Source: Tricharina praecox
Lineage: Eukaryota
Length of the DNA stretch: 64,000 bases
Assembly (NCBI RefSeq): GCF_024521635.1
Contig: NW_026250404.1
Span: forward strand, 1,550,001 to 1,614,000
Direction: 5' to 3'
Part shown: positions 48,990-60,264 of the stretch, piece by piece
How the letters are laid out: each line of letters starts with the position of its first letter
Position numbering within the stretch: the first letter of the stretch is position 1
Translations under genes and position numbers: made by a program
Notes under the pieces: generated by a model
The model's input: the letters and a program-made list of their open reading frames with translations, nothing else
What the model was told of the DNA's origin: nothing
The model's database searches: none

Positions 48990-49681
48990 CTGCGGAGGGA
49001 GGTGATTGGGACCAGTGCGTAGATCTGGTACAACCCTGAGGTACGCGATGGGAACTCATCTGATACAGCTTGGGGCAGTGTACTCGATGAACGAAGTGGC
49101 TACATCATTACATGTGCTTCGTTTTGTGCATTCATTAGAGGAAGGAGCGAGCTCTGTGAGCTTCAAGGTGCACTGGTACTACTCCAGTGTGTATTGCCGC
49201 GCTCGCGATGTGTACAATACTGAAAGGCGGCAGTGGCCACTTGCACTTCACATTCAACCACATCCCATCACCATTCATCACTCGCTAGTAGCACAAATTA
49301 TCACCCATAAAACATCGTATTTCATAATTTTCGAAAGCCGAGCACTTGACCCGGCTCAAGCACTCAATTGAGAGCAACCTCTAACTGTTGAGCATGATAA
49401 AGCCAGAATATGCGCGTGCCGGCAGGCTCTTCGCGCTAATTGGCGTGCTGCAGAATCAGTCACGTGCCATAAAGACCCGATGCTCACTCTACCTGTAGAT
49501 AGCGCTTTTAATACCCATCCCAGAACCCTCGCATTTTATACCTTGGTCTCGCCATCATATCTTTTCAACTTTTTGGCTGGCTCAAGAGTCTTCTTCCCTT
49601 TGCTCCACCGGCGCCTAATCCACACTGACCACATCCCACCAAACTTTCACCACCGACCCTCCCCCCATCGCCGCCGCAATA

Positions 49682-51532
49682 ATGTTCGCGCAGGCGGCAC
49701 CGTCATCGGCCCGCGAGTACACGCCCGAGCATATGCAGCAGTGGAGCTCTCTTCCGGCGGACCCACCACTGCCGGAGCGCGAAGCAGTGCGCGCGATCCA
49801 CGTGTACGATTTCGACAATACGCTCTTCTGCAGTCCGCTACCCAACTACAAGATCTGGCACTCGCCGACGCTCAACAACCTGCAATCGCCGACCTGGCTC
49901 GCTAATGGTGGGTGGTGGCATGATCCGCGGATTTTAGCGGCTACGGGCGACGGGCTGGAGGCAGAGGAGATGCGCGCGTGGCGCGGATGGTGGAATGAGA
50001 ATATTGTACAGCTGGTCGAGCTTAGTATGCGCCAGAAGGATGCGTTGACTGTGCTCCTGACTGGCAGGAGCGATACGGGCTTCGCCGAGTTGGTGCAGAG
50101 GATTGTCAAGAGTCGCGGATTGGTGTTCGATATGGTCGTCCTGAAGCCGAAGGTCATGCCCACTGGACAGCAGAGTCAGAATACTCTCGCTTTCAAGACG
50201 GTGTTTTTGGCCGAGCTGTTGAATACCTACTCGGAGGCGCAAGAGCTACGGTTAGTCATACCCCGCGCCGAGTGGAAACCGGATGACTGACGTTAAAACA
50301 GAATCTACGAAGACCGAGTAAAGCACGTGCGCACCTTCGAGGACTTTTGCAAAAACTACGTCCAGACGACCTACAACCGACGAGCGCACCTCAAGACGGA
50401 TGTCATCCAAGTGGCCGAGACCGCGCGATCTCTCGATCCGACCATTGAGCTCAAGCAAATCCAGACGATGGTCGATGAGCATAACGAGGTGCAGCGGTCG
50501 TTCGGTATGCGTGGGTTCCAGCCGTTAAGGATCAAGAAGACGGTTTTCTACACCGGGTATCTACTCAGTACCGCTACTAGTACGGCGCTGCTGAACGACC
50601 TGGACATTCCAACCATGTTGGCGAAGGAGAATGATGTCAAACTGATGGCGAATAACGTTCTCATCACTCCGAGACCGGCGTCGAAATCCGTGTTGGCAAA
50701 GACCGGCGATTTCGGGAGTAAGGTCGAGTTCGAAGTCGTCGGTGTGGCTCACTGGGAACATAAAGTTTGGGCGGCGCTGGTGAAGCCGGTGGATGAGAGT
50801 ATTCGGGTCTATACGGGTACCAAAAGGTTCACACCATCTCTTCGTTGAAATGCTGACAGAAAATAGATAATCCGGAGCCGATAGTAGTGCTCGCTGTCCG
50901 ACGGGGATCGAAACCCATCGATGCCGGCCGTATCGACAAAAATCACTGGAAGAAGCCGGCGCAGACGGTCCGCTTCAACACGGTTGTCGGCGAGAGACTT
51001 CTGCTGCGTATCGAGGAAGATAACAATGAAGGCGAGTGGGAGAGTCTCTTTCCTAGGCGCAAATCCTCAGGGAACATGGGGGCCAACCCCTCTGCACACC
51101 ACAACAACACCTCCAGCGTTACTGATACGCTCCCCGGATCTGCTGGCGCACCATCGATGATGGCGATTCCCAGTTGGGGGTCGAGCGGGAGGTGGTGATT
51201 GGTGTTTTTGTTTATCATTTTTTGTCTATTCCCTTTTGGACACCCCCCATGTTCCTTCTCTATACTTGCCCTTTTTTTTCTTTTTTCTTTTTCCTGTTTT
51301 GGTTTCTTACTTTCTTTGTTTCATTTATAAAGGTCACCACCACCGACGAAATGATTACCGGGGATCTTGGGAAGGGCACCGAGGAGGCGGCGGCCGACGT
51401 GGCCGAACAGGCTTTGGAGGGCGAGGACGAGGAGGAGGCCGTGGTGGATATAACGGAGACGTGAGACATGTCGCGGACCATGGACCGATCGGTGCCGTGG
51501 AATCTATGGGCTGGCTTAACGACGTTTGCTGA
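49682..51532 (+). CDS. HAD-superfamily 'Swiss army knife' RNA-repair-like protein (former DUF2410); introns 50251-50301 and 50817-50866; last intron (about 51173-51332) and RGG exon uncertain, unspliced stop at 51198
   Basis: HVYDFDNTLF.SP.PN..W (DxDxT motif); GWWH; WWNE; VLLTGR; FD...LKP; T..FK; IYEDR.KH. Confidence 0.85.
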
Positions 51533-51921
51533 GCGAGCGATATATGATTCATACATGATGTGTATGAGTTTGGGTTTTGGCGTACAAGGCTGAATGAATT
51601 TTTGCTCTGGGCTGGTAGGCTGTGTTTTCTACAATGTGTACTTCCCAGCACTAAGCTTACGGCCGTGGGATACTTCCTCGAATGTAAAAGTTGAGGACTT
51701 GAAACGTGGCATATAGCATCTGAGTGACAAACTGTGATGTTTGCGGCAAGTTCCGCTTAGAGTTTCGCGCTTTCAGGTGACTTTCTTTAAACAAATCAAA
51801 GGCTGGGCACACTTAGAACCGCGTCCTTCCAACTTGTCGACCATATCACCACACATCAACATCAACTTCGATCACCCGCAAACGACACACTCCACTACCG
51901 CTGCCGCCGCCACCTCGCACG

Positions 51922-54096
51922 ATGGTGCAGTCCATATCGCGCTCGCTGCCAACTCCGGCAGCGAGACCGCCGCCCCCTCATTACCAGACGATACTTACAC
52001 CTCTGCTACATCGGAGGTTTGCACACGCCTGCTTGATTTCACTCGGCTTTTGCTACCTGGAAGCAATCATCATAAGCGATAAATCGAACTGTGAGCCTCC
52101 TGCTCTCCCAAAGACGACAGTCGAATTTGTACTGACGACAGGTGTTGGCAGTTTTTTGGGTGCTGTTCCCGATAAGCATGACCGGGCTGAAATGCTTTGT
52201 GCTGTTTTTCCTGTCGGCTATGCCACTCTTGATCTTGAGGATCGCGCAGCTACACGGTTGGTTTTACTTGCGGGGGGAATTTTGGAGGACGGAGAGACGA
52301 GAGCTCTGCTAATACAGCTTCTGCCAGTTGTCAAAAGAGCGCACTCATCCCCGTTTCATGCCTTCCAGAGAGCGATCGGATCTTTTGCGACTTACTCGGC
52401 AATCTTTACCTACGTGTTGTCTTCGGTGGTATTCATGACGCTGTACTTGTTGTCTTGCGGCCCCGAAGACCAGCTCGGTGTTGTGGTTGAGGGAAGGTGC
52501 GTACACATTGGTCAGATGGTGGTGAAGGAGCTGTGCTGACTGAGGATTGTAGGAGCTACGAACGGCCAAGGCTGAATGAGAGGTTCCTTTATCTGGTGTT
52601 CTTCTCCGTTTTCATCGGTGTCTTCCGCGGTTGCGCACATGTCTACTACGACAGGGCGAGATTGGTATTCCCCGAGGTTCCGTATGCCTCCTACAAGGAC
52701 GCCGGTGCGGCTCAGATCCCTACTGTGGCGTGGAATGTGGGATACTATGTGTCTTTCTTTTCTATCTTCGGTCCTCTCGTGTACTTTCCGTTCCGATATA
52801 TCCTTTGGTCCCACACATTGGCGTTTGCGAGACACTTTTACTGGTATGCTTGGTTGCGCTTCCCGGGTCATTGAGGGTATTGACTGTATGCCAGGTTGAA
52901 CCGCTCGGCTGCGCTCCCCTCGTTTCCGGTTGGACCTACGCTCTTCATTCGGTCTTGTTTCCTCGCGCTCATGATCGTTTTATCGTCTGAAGTCTCCCAT
53001 GCTGCTTTTAACGCCTTCTTTACCGAGGATCCGTTCCAGGGCGGCAAGACGATCACCGACAAATCGAGCGATCCTAATGGAACTCTCATTACTGGGCTCC
53101 GTACTGCCAAGGCCCCATTGACACAGGTGCGTATCTATTCTCGCTTCCGAAGGAACTGCGAATGGCTAACCGTGAGCACAGCCGATGGCCTTCGCGGAAT
53201 TGAACCACATTGCCCACAACCGTCCCGACCGCCGACGCGCCATCTTCGCCGATGTCGACCGCAAGCCATCATCATGGGAACACATCCTTAATGAGTGCCT
53301 GCGAGCTGTCAACGACGTCGAGATCAAGCTGACCGAGCTCAAATCCCCGCACACCCCAGCTGCTGTCTCCGCACCACCCACGCAATCTTCTGCCCCAGCG
53401 CACAACAGTCCGCCTCCGATCCCGATCAACCAGGCCAACATCCTGGTGAAGACAGGCCCCCGCTCTCCCGGTCGTAACCTACTGGATATGGTACAGGCTG
53501 GTGATGGTTCCGCGTCCCCGAGCGCCGCCCTGCGCAAGCACTTGTCAATTCCGGATTCGTTTGATCCGAGCAAGGCGACGAAGTCGGCTTTGGACATAGT
53601 CAAGGAGCAGATTGAGCCCATGCTGGCGTCGTCCTGTGGAGAACCGTTTAGGCAGACTGTTCAGCGAGTGACTGCCGGTGCTATTCCCAATGTGCGGGTT
53701 CCGATCGATGCGGTTTCTGGTATTTCCCTCCTCTTCCCTTCTGCAGCCATCACAGGCTGACCCATGCGGTAAATAGCACTTGGAAAACTAGTCATCTCCT
53801 CACTCGATGAAGACGACTTTGGTGTCGTCCAGGGCCACGTTGGTAGGATACTCCAGAGCTTCTGCGCCACGTTGGAGACCCTCGAGAGCTATACCGCCAA
53901 TCCCCCATTACACTGGACCGATACCGAGGCACACCTGGCGACCGGAAAAATCTGGCTCGAGGAGCCTGAGGCCTTGATCGCACAGCTCAAGACTACCATC
54001 GCCGATATCGCCAATGCATTTGCGCCGTTCCTAAACCAGATGGAATTGCCCAGTGATGTGCGGAGTAAGCTGCCTCTTGGTATGACTATGATCTAA
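51922..54096 (+). CDS. NDC1: Transmembrane nucleoporin Ndc1/Cut11; introns 52091-52151, 52257-52327, 52497-52552, 52844-52894, 53127-53181, 53720-53776
   Basis: YQTILTPLLHRRF; LRIAQLH; ERPRLNER; IT.KS.DPNGTL..GL; AF.EL..IA...PDRR.AIF; SL.EDDFGVVQ. Confidence 0.93.
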
Positions 54097-54388
54097 AAGA
54101 ATTGACAAGCGATATTATCTTGTATGTTGGGCAATTTTTCTGCGTTCGGTTTCAATTGTAGTACTGGTTGCGGTTGGTTGCTTGGTACTTTACCTACGGG
54201 TGGAATGGATTGGCGTTTGCTTTTTTTTCCCTTTATGTTATGTTTACTCACTATACTCATTCTCATTTCTGCATGATGGAAGGACGGGGATTCTTTCTTG
54301 TAAACTTTTTTTATTGCCGGTTCCACGGGTGTCTCCGCATCGTCTATCTATCGAATGATACAGATACTTTTACAACAGAGTTGAGACC

Positions 54389-57300
54389 CTACACCAAAGA
54401 AAGCCCCTCATACTCCCTAACCACAGGCACCTCTACCTCCACCACCTGCCCACCCTCCATCAAATGCGGCACAAAAACCGTCGGCACCGCCTCCTTTAGC
54501 ATTGCCAGCAACTCCACCACCGCCTGCTGCAGAGCACCGGCACTCTCCCTCATGCCTCGTCTAAACATCGCCTCGACCAGCCCCGCCATCTCCTCCCTAA
54601 CACTATCGACCCGCTCTACAAGGCGACGCACGGAGTTGACCAGATACTCCTCTTCGTAGACACTGCCCTTCTTGCCGCGGGCGCGCTTCCGCTCGTCTTT
54701 CCGGCGGTTCTTGGAGGTCTTCCTTGTCTCGCCCGTCTGTGCGGTTCCGAGGGAGGCACCGGTGTAGCGGGTAAACAGCGAGGCGCCCGACGTGCTGGCG
54801 TTGGTCGGCGCGAGAGAGACATTGTCGGGTGCGTCGGCCTCCGTGATGGCGTCGAGATAGGCGAGCGGGTCGATGCTGGCTTTTTCGCGGAGCTCGGCGA
54901 TCCGCGCGGTTTGTGCCTTGAGTTGCCCGCGGCACTCGGCGAACAGGCTGGATGACGAGGCGAAGGCGTCTGTGAGCGCGGGGTCGATGATGGTGCTTAG
55001 GAGTGTGGGTTGCTTGTGCAGCATCACGGTCCGCATGGCCTCTGAGTAGTGGGTGCCGGCGCACAGGGCGGCGGCCGCCGAGGGCACGTCGGACAGATAC
55101 GAGAGGTAGATTGTTGCTGCTTCGCGGTGGAGTTTTTGTTCGGCCAGGGATTCGGCCAGGGAGGCGGCGAGAGAGGGGAGGTCGGACACTTGGGCCCGCG
55201 TCGCGATGAAGAGACATTCTTCCCATTGTCCGGCGTTTTGGTAGCTTTCTATTGCCAGGGCTGTCTCGTCCAGGTACTCGTATGCTACATCCAGATACAT
55301 CAGCCATTGAGCCCCGCCACATTTGCCAATCTTGAGACCAACCAAATCCTGCCTCCTTGAACCGACTCATAGCATGTAAGAAATCGGCATAGTCGCGCAT
55401 GACAGCTTTCATATGTTCCGGCTCGTATTTGTACAGCTGGAGGGCTTCGGTATACAGTTCCTTCCGAATAGCGTACCTTCGAGTCTCCTCGAAGCTATCG
55501 CCGCCCATGTCGAATAAACTTTGTAGCGCTTTCGAGTACCGGCCAAGCTTATCATCGATCGTGAAGCGACGTCGGAGCTCGGACATTTCCTGGAGGCTTT
55601 GTAGGAACGGAAGGTACTCTCGTGGGTCCTATCAAGCTCAATTAGCACGAATAACGAGCGAGTGAGTAGTTGTGACGAACCTTCTGTGCCTGTTGTGCAA
55701 TCATGATCGCTACTTCCAGATCATATATTCCCAGAGCAGTATCATACAGCTTATTAACATCGGACAGGAAACATATATGTGTAATCGCTTGTTCGTACAA
55801 CTCCTTCCCCTTGAGCGATGTAATCAAGCTCAGCGCCGACTCGTGGTCTGGCGGAGTCTTGCATACATATGCAGTGATGATGTTTTGCATGTGTTTAGAG
55901 AGATACTTTTTCCGCAGGACGTCGATGAAGGCATTACAGATGGTATTGACTTTGTTAGTAACTCCAGTAGCAGAAGGTTTTGTTTCCGGCAAGAGGGATG
56001 TGACGGAGGGCAGTGTCTCCCTGTACATAGTCTTCGTCACATCTTCTTCCCTATGTCCCAGTTAGCGGGTTCTTTCCCCCAGTAACAGGTGAAAGTCTAT
56101 CAGAGCATACCGTAATTGCGAAAGTACCAGATCGATATATTCAATCTTCTTCAACTGTGTGACAAACAGCTCAATGCACTCCAGAAACTGCGCGGGCGCG
56201 TAATCATGCAGTAAGTTAAGGTCTACACGGTTATTTCGACACGCAAGGAACGCTTTCTTATAATTACGAGCTTCAATGCTTCTGCGTATTCCTGCCAGCA
56301 CGAGGGCCCGAGGGTAGATGGCTTCGAGATTTCCACGAGGCATCTGCAGGACTAGCGAGAAAGTAGAGGGCATCACGCTGACTATGCGCGAGCCACGCTC
56401 GATGTTTCGGCAGCGCTCGTCACCGTTGGCTTCATCGGAGGGCACTTCGAGATCTACATTCCGAGTTAGTGGCTGGAACAGAAATTTCTGAATTGACAAA
56501 GACCTACCGTGGATGCTGGATGCCAAGTGAATGAATTTGATTACATGCTGACTGGTCGTGAATATCAAGTGCGAATCTGTAACGGCAAACGATGTGCACG
56601 ACGAAGCCAGCAGTCGTTCATTGGCGTAAAGACGTCCAGCCTCCGAAAGACCAAACACGATAATCTCAACTCAAAGTTAATAAAAATCCTTATGGTGGGC
56701 ACTTGCAGAGTCCTACCTGGCCCTCTAGAGTGACGGCTTCCATCCACGGACATTTTGCGGGGAGCGCGCAGACCGGATAATTCGTTCTGTCCTCGAAATT
56801 GTATCGAGTCACAATTCCAGTCTGGCTCTGACGCAACACCCCTCCAAGTTCTCCAGCAGCCTTGATGTTGCACACTGACGAGTCGATGGTGAAAAAGTGG
56901 AGATTCTCAGCGTCTACTGGATTGCTAAGCGTTACTCGGCGCAATATATTTGCATCACCTGCATCCTCTCCCAGCAGGCAGATTGTCTCCTCATCGAGGA
57001 AACAGACCTGGCGAAAGCTTTCGCTGCTTGAAAATGTGAAGAGATTTCGAGTGACTTCAGGATCCTTCGCTGGCTTGAACCCCCAATCGATGAGATCCAC
57101 ACTAGTGTGCTGCAGGACTGCAATACGGGTGCCGCTTGGGCTTATTGCCACGTCAACAGCTGTGGCGTCCAGTCCCGCATCACAGAATGACATCGGTGGT
57201 GGAATATTGGCGATTCGAATCGGCGTCAGTTTAAGCTTGTCTGCGTGCGGGATTGTGAGAAATCAGATGCTTCCTCTTCATAGTGGGGTACACACCTCCG

Positions 57301-58641
57301 TCCACCACACCAACAATGCCGTAATCATTGGGCGCGACCAACGACCCTGAGGCAGTGTTCCATACAAACGAGTTGAATTTGACCATTTCTAAAGCCGCAT
57401 CAGCACTGATCGAAATAGGAACGACGATTGACGCCTGAGTTCTTACTGGCCGAAGTAAGGACAAATTGCAAGGGTTTCTCGGGGTGCCATTGGAAACCAT
57501 ATTTAATTTCTGTAGAGGAAGACGATGAAGAGGGGACCATGAGCTCCTGCTTTAGATACCAGTGATAATTTCCCGTGCTCCACAGCTGGACTCTATCGGC
57601 GAGGCCAACTGCCAGCACTGAGGAATCTCCGTTCCAGAGCATCGAATTGACCTTGAGCTCAGTCGATGGCGTCTTCTCTCCTGTCTTGAGAGTAAACTCT
57701 CCATGACGAAGACCATTCCGTTCAAAGAAAACAACATCCACCCCGCTGGGCTTCCGCTGAATACCGGCGATCAGGTTGCCGACTGGCCGCCAGCTCAGCG
57801 GTGATTCTAGTCCATCTACTGGCTCGCTAACACTGTCCAACTGTCCTTCACGACTGTACACACGGACCATTCGTCGTTCCTGGTCCTCGATCGTAGACAC
57901 AGCCAGGTATGCACCATCACCCCTCCAAGTGATCACAGTCTGCGCGTCGTCCCGCGGACTAAGCACTCCCGAATCCACCTTCTCCGGCACTGTAGGATCC
58001 CTTAGGCCTTGCGCCTTCGCATGTTTCCCCTGGAACTGTGTTTCTGCTTTTCCCCAGCCGACGCTCACATGTCTCGACGCTTTGAAGTCCTCGACTGAAA
58101 ATGCCACTTCCTCGATCGGCTCGAACTCCCTCGTCATCAACAGTAGTGTCTTGGTCTTTGTCGCAATGGCCAGCACCTCTTCGTCGGGTGACCATGCGGT
58201 GGCCGAGATCCCGCTCTCGATGGACCCAACAATCTCAACCTCCACACCTATGTCCTGTTCGCGCACAAGCACTATATCTCCGCCTGAGAAGATGACGCAT
58301 GTAGAGGATGTATCCGGGAGGTAGAACAAGCTGACGATGCGATTATTCGTGGCCTCGTCGTCGTCCGGTATTACCGTGGCCTCCCATGAGGTTATTGGCG
58401 TAAAATCTCCATTTGCCTACAATTCCCTCCTCATCAGCGGGGCATCCCAACTCCTCCGATATTATCTCCAACTCACCGTAGCCCTCATGAGCTCTACCAG
58501 TCCCTCCCCCTCCGACGGCCCAAACGCGCATATTAAACTGTCGGTGGAAACATCCCACGTGGACGCAGTAATAGGCGCATCGGGGAAGATGGTGGCTTCA
58601 ACGGCGACGGTGCGCTGGTATGTTTTCAGTAGGTTGCGCAT
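54389..58641 (-). CDS. ELP1: Elongator complex subunit 1 (Iki3), multi-exon
   Basis: MRNL; WSPDEE; VSVGWGK.ETQFQGK; TWRGDGAY.AV; FFERNGLRHGEF; NYHWYLKQE; LQMPRGNLE.IYPR; QKDPREYLPFL; RKRARGKKGSVYEEEYLVNS. Confidence 0.98.
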
Positions 58642-59321
58642 TGTGGGGTTGTGGCCGTTTGTTTGTTTGTTGCGGTGAAGACGGCTGCGACGTGCCCCGC
58701 TATAATTTTTGGGTTAAACATGTGCCCCACTACTGGGTGGTACAACTATGACACACGTAACCACACTCCGACACAAAAGCGGAGCCGCATTGCGGCATAA
58801 GCTGAACACTTGAGCGAATTCATCGAAATCATGTCACTCGACAGGAAATTCTCCGAATTTTGAAGGATTTGAGTCGGAAGGCGCAAGGCTGGTTGATTGG
58901 AGTGGAGTATTCAAACGTATTTGTAGCCGGTGGTCTGTTGCCGCCCAGGGCGAGGATCGATGACACACTACTATAGACCGTCGGTCTTCACGGTCAGGTT
59001 GGCTTCCGCATGCCAATAAATGCGCAAGTCTTAGCCAGCTCCAGATGAGAAGCTGTTGTTGTGGCCACATTCCGCCGTCGCCGCCTACGCAGTTCGATTT
59101 CAACATATGCCTCAGAAAACTACCCCCTCGATCTTTCCCAACACACAGGAAGGCAACACGCATGCAGAGTGGGTACCAATGAAGATCGGTTCTATCCATT
59201 ATGATACAAAGTTCGAGCATAACGAAACCCAGCACTTGTGCTCGAAGCAAGCTGCATGTACCACAATCACCCTGGCCCCATCTACCTCACAGTCGCTCAA
59301 GAATGGTGCCACGTTATACAT

Positions 59322-59625
59322 CTAGGCGTTCTTCCTGAGCTGGTAGACGGCGATGCCGAAGGGAAGTCCGAAGCCGACGACTGTTCCGGGGATGTCAGGG
59401 TACAATTTGAGTGAAGCTGAATGGCTGAGTGAACATACCGCAGAAAGAGACGTATCGGACGGCGAACCACTTGGTCAGAGGGTTGAAGGGAAGGTTGCTT
59501 CGGGGACCCTCGGGGTAGTGGTATCCGCCCATGCGAGCCGGAGTGACGGAGAGGTTTCGGCGGGCGGCCACAAAGGGGCTCTGGCGGGCGGCAAGGGCCG
59601 AACGACGAATAGTTCCGGAGATCAT
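59322..59625 (-). CDS. COX8: Cytochrome c oxidase subunit VIIc (yeast Cox8); coding intron 59438-59381; probable 5'UTR intron 59762-59628
   Basis: Presequence followed by HYPEGPRSNLPF...F..RY..FC|VVGFGLPF.IA.YQL.K, the COX7C signature. Confidence 0.93.
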
Positions 59626-60264
59626 GGCTTGACGCAGTACGAAGTCAGCAGGCAGACGGACGGCAATGATCGGTAAGGCGGGGTTTTCCGGACTCAAATC
59701 ACAGGCGCTGAATGCCGAGTTCGAAATTTGGGTGTGAGCTCGAGAGGAATGAAGATGCTTACCGGAATGCTGGCGGGTTGGCAGTGTGCTGAGACTGAGT
59801 GGAGATGGAGGACTTGGTGGTTGGTGGTTTGGTGGAATGGGGCGATGGGCTCTGGGTGGAAGCGTTTCGGGATTTACCCAGCCAGACCAAACAACCCTAG
59901 ACGACTAGCGCTTCTGTCTCTCCCACTTGCTCAGAGGTAGAGTGGAAATCGGCCCAGGCCCCCTGCTGGCATTCAATCAATAGAACGCTTGGCTCAGTGC
60001 GTTACCCGGCCTCCGATTGCCCGCCTGTGGTCCCACCAGCCCTCGATCCCACCACGAACAAAAGCACACTAAGTTCTGGGTTCTACATAAGTTTGCCGCA
60101 TTAGCTTCGATTAGCGTGAAGCCTCCAGTAGTCGCTTCTCAAAGTCTACTTGCTTCTGAACCTCGTCCTGGATCGGTCGCGATCTCTACTGCAACGTACT
60201 GATTCACATACAACCCCCTCCATTTCACTCTTCGATTTCATTCTACCACTCTCCCCCGGCGGCC

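Noticed and set aside
54603..55586. 327-aa minus-strand ORF overlapping the ELP1 3' end
   Set aside because: It is the penultimate ELP1 exon running through intron 55342-55285 into an Arg-rich off-frame reading of the GC-rich last exon.
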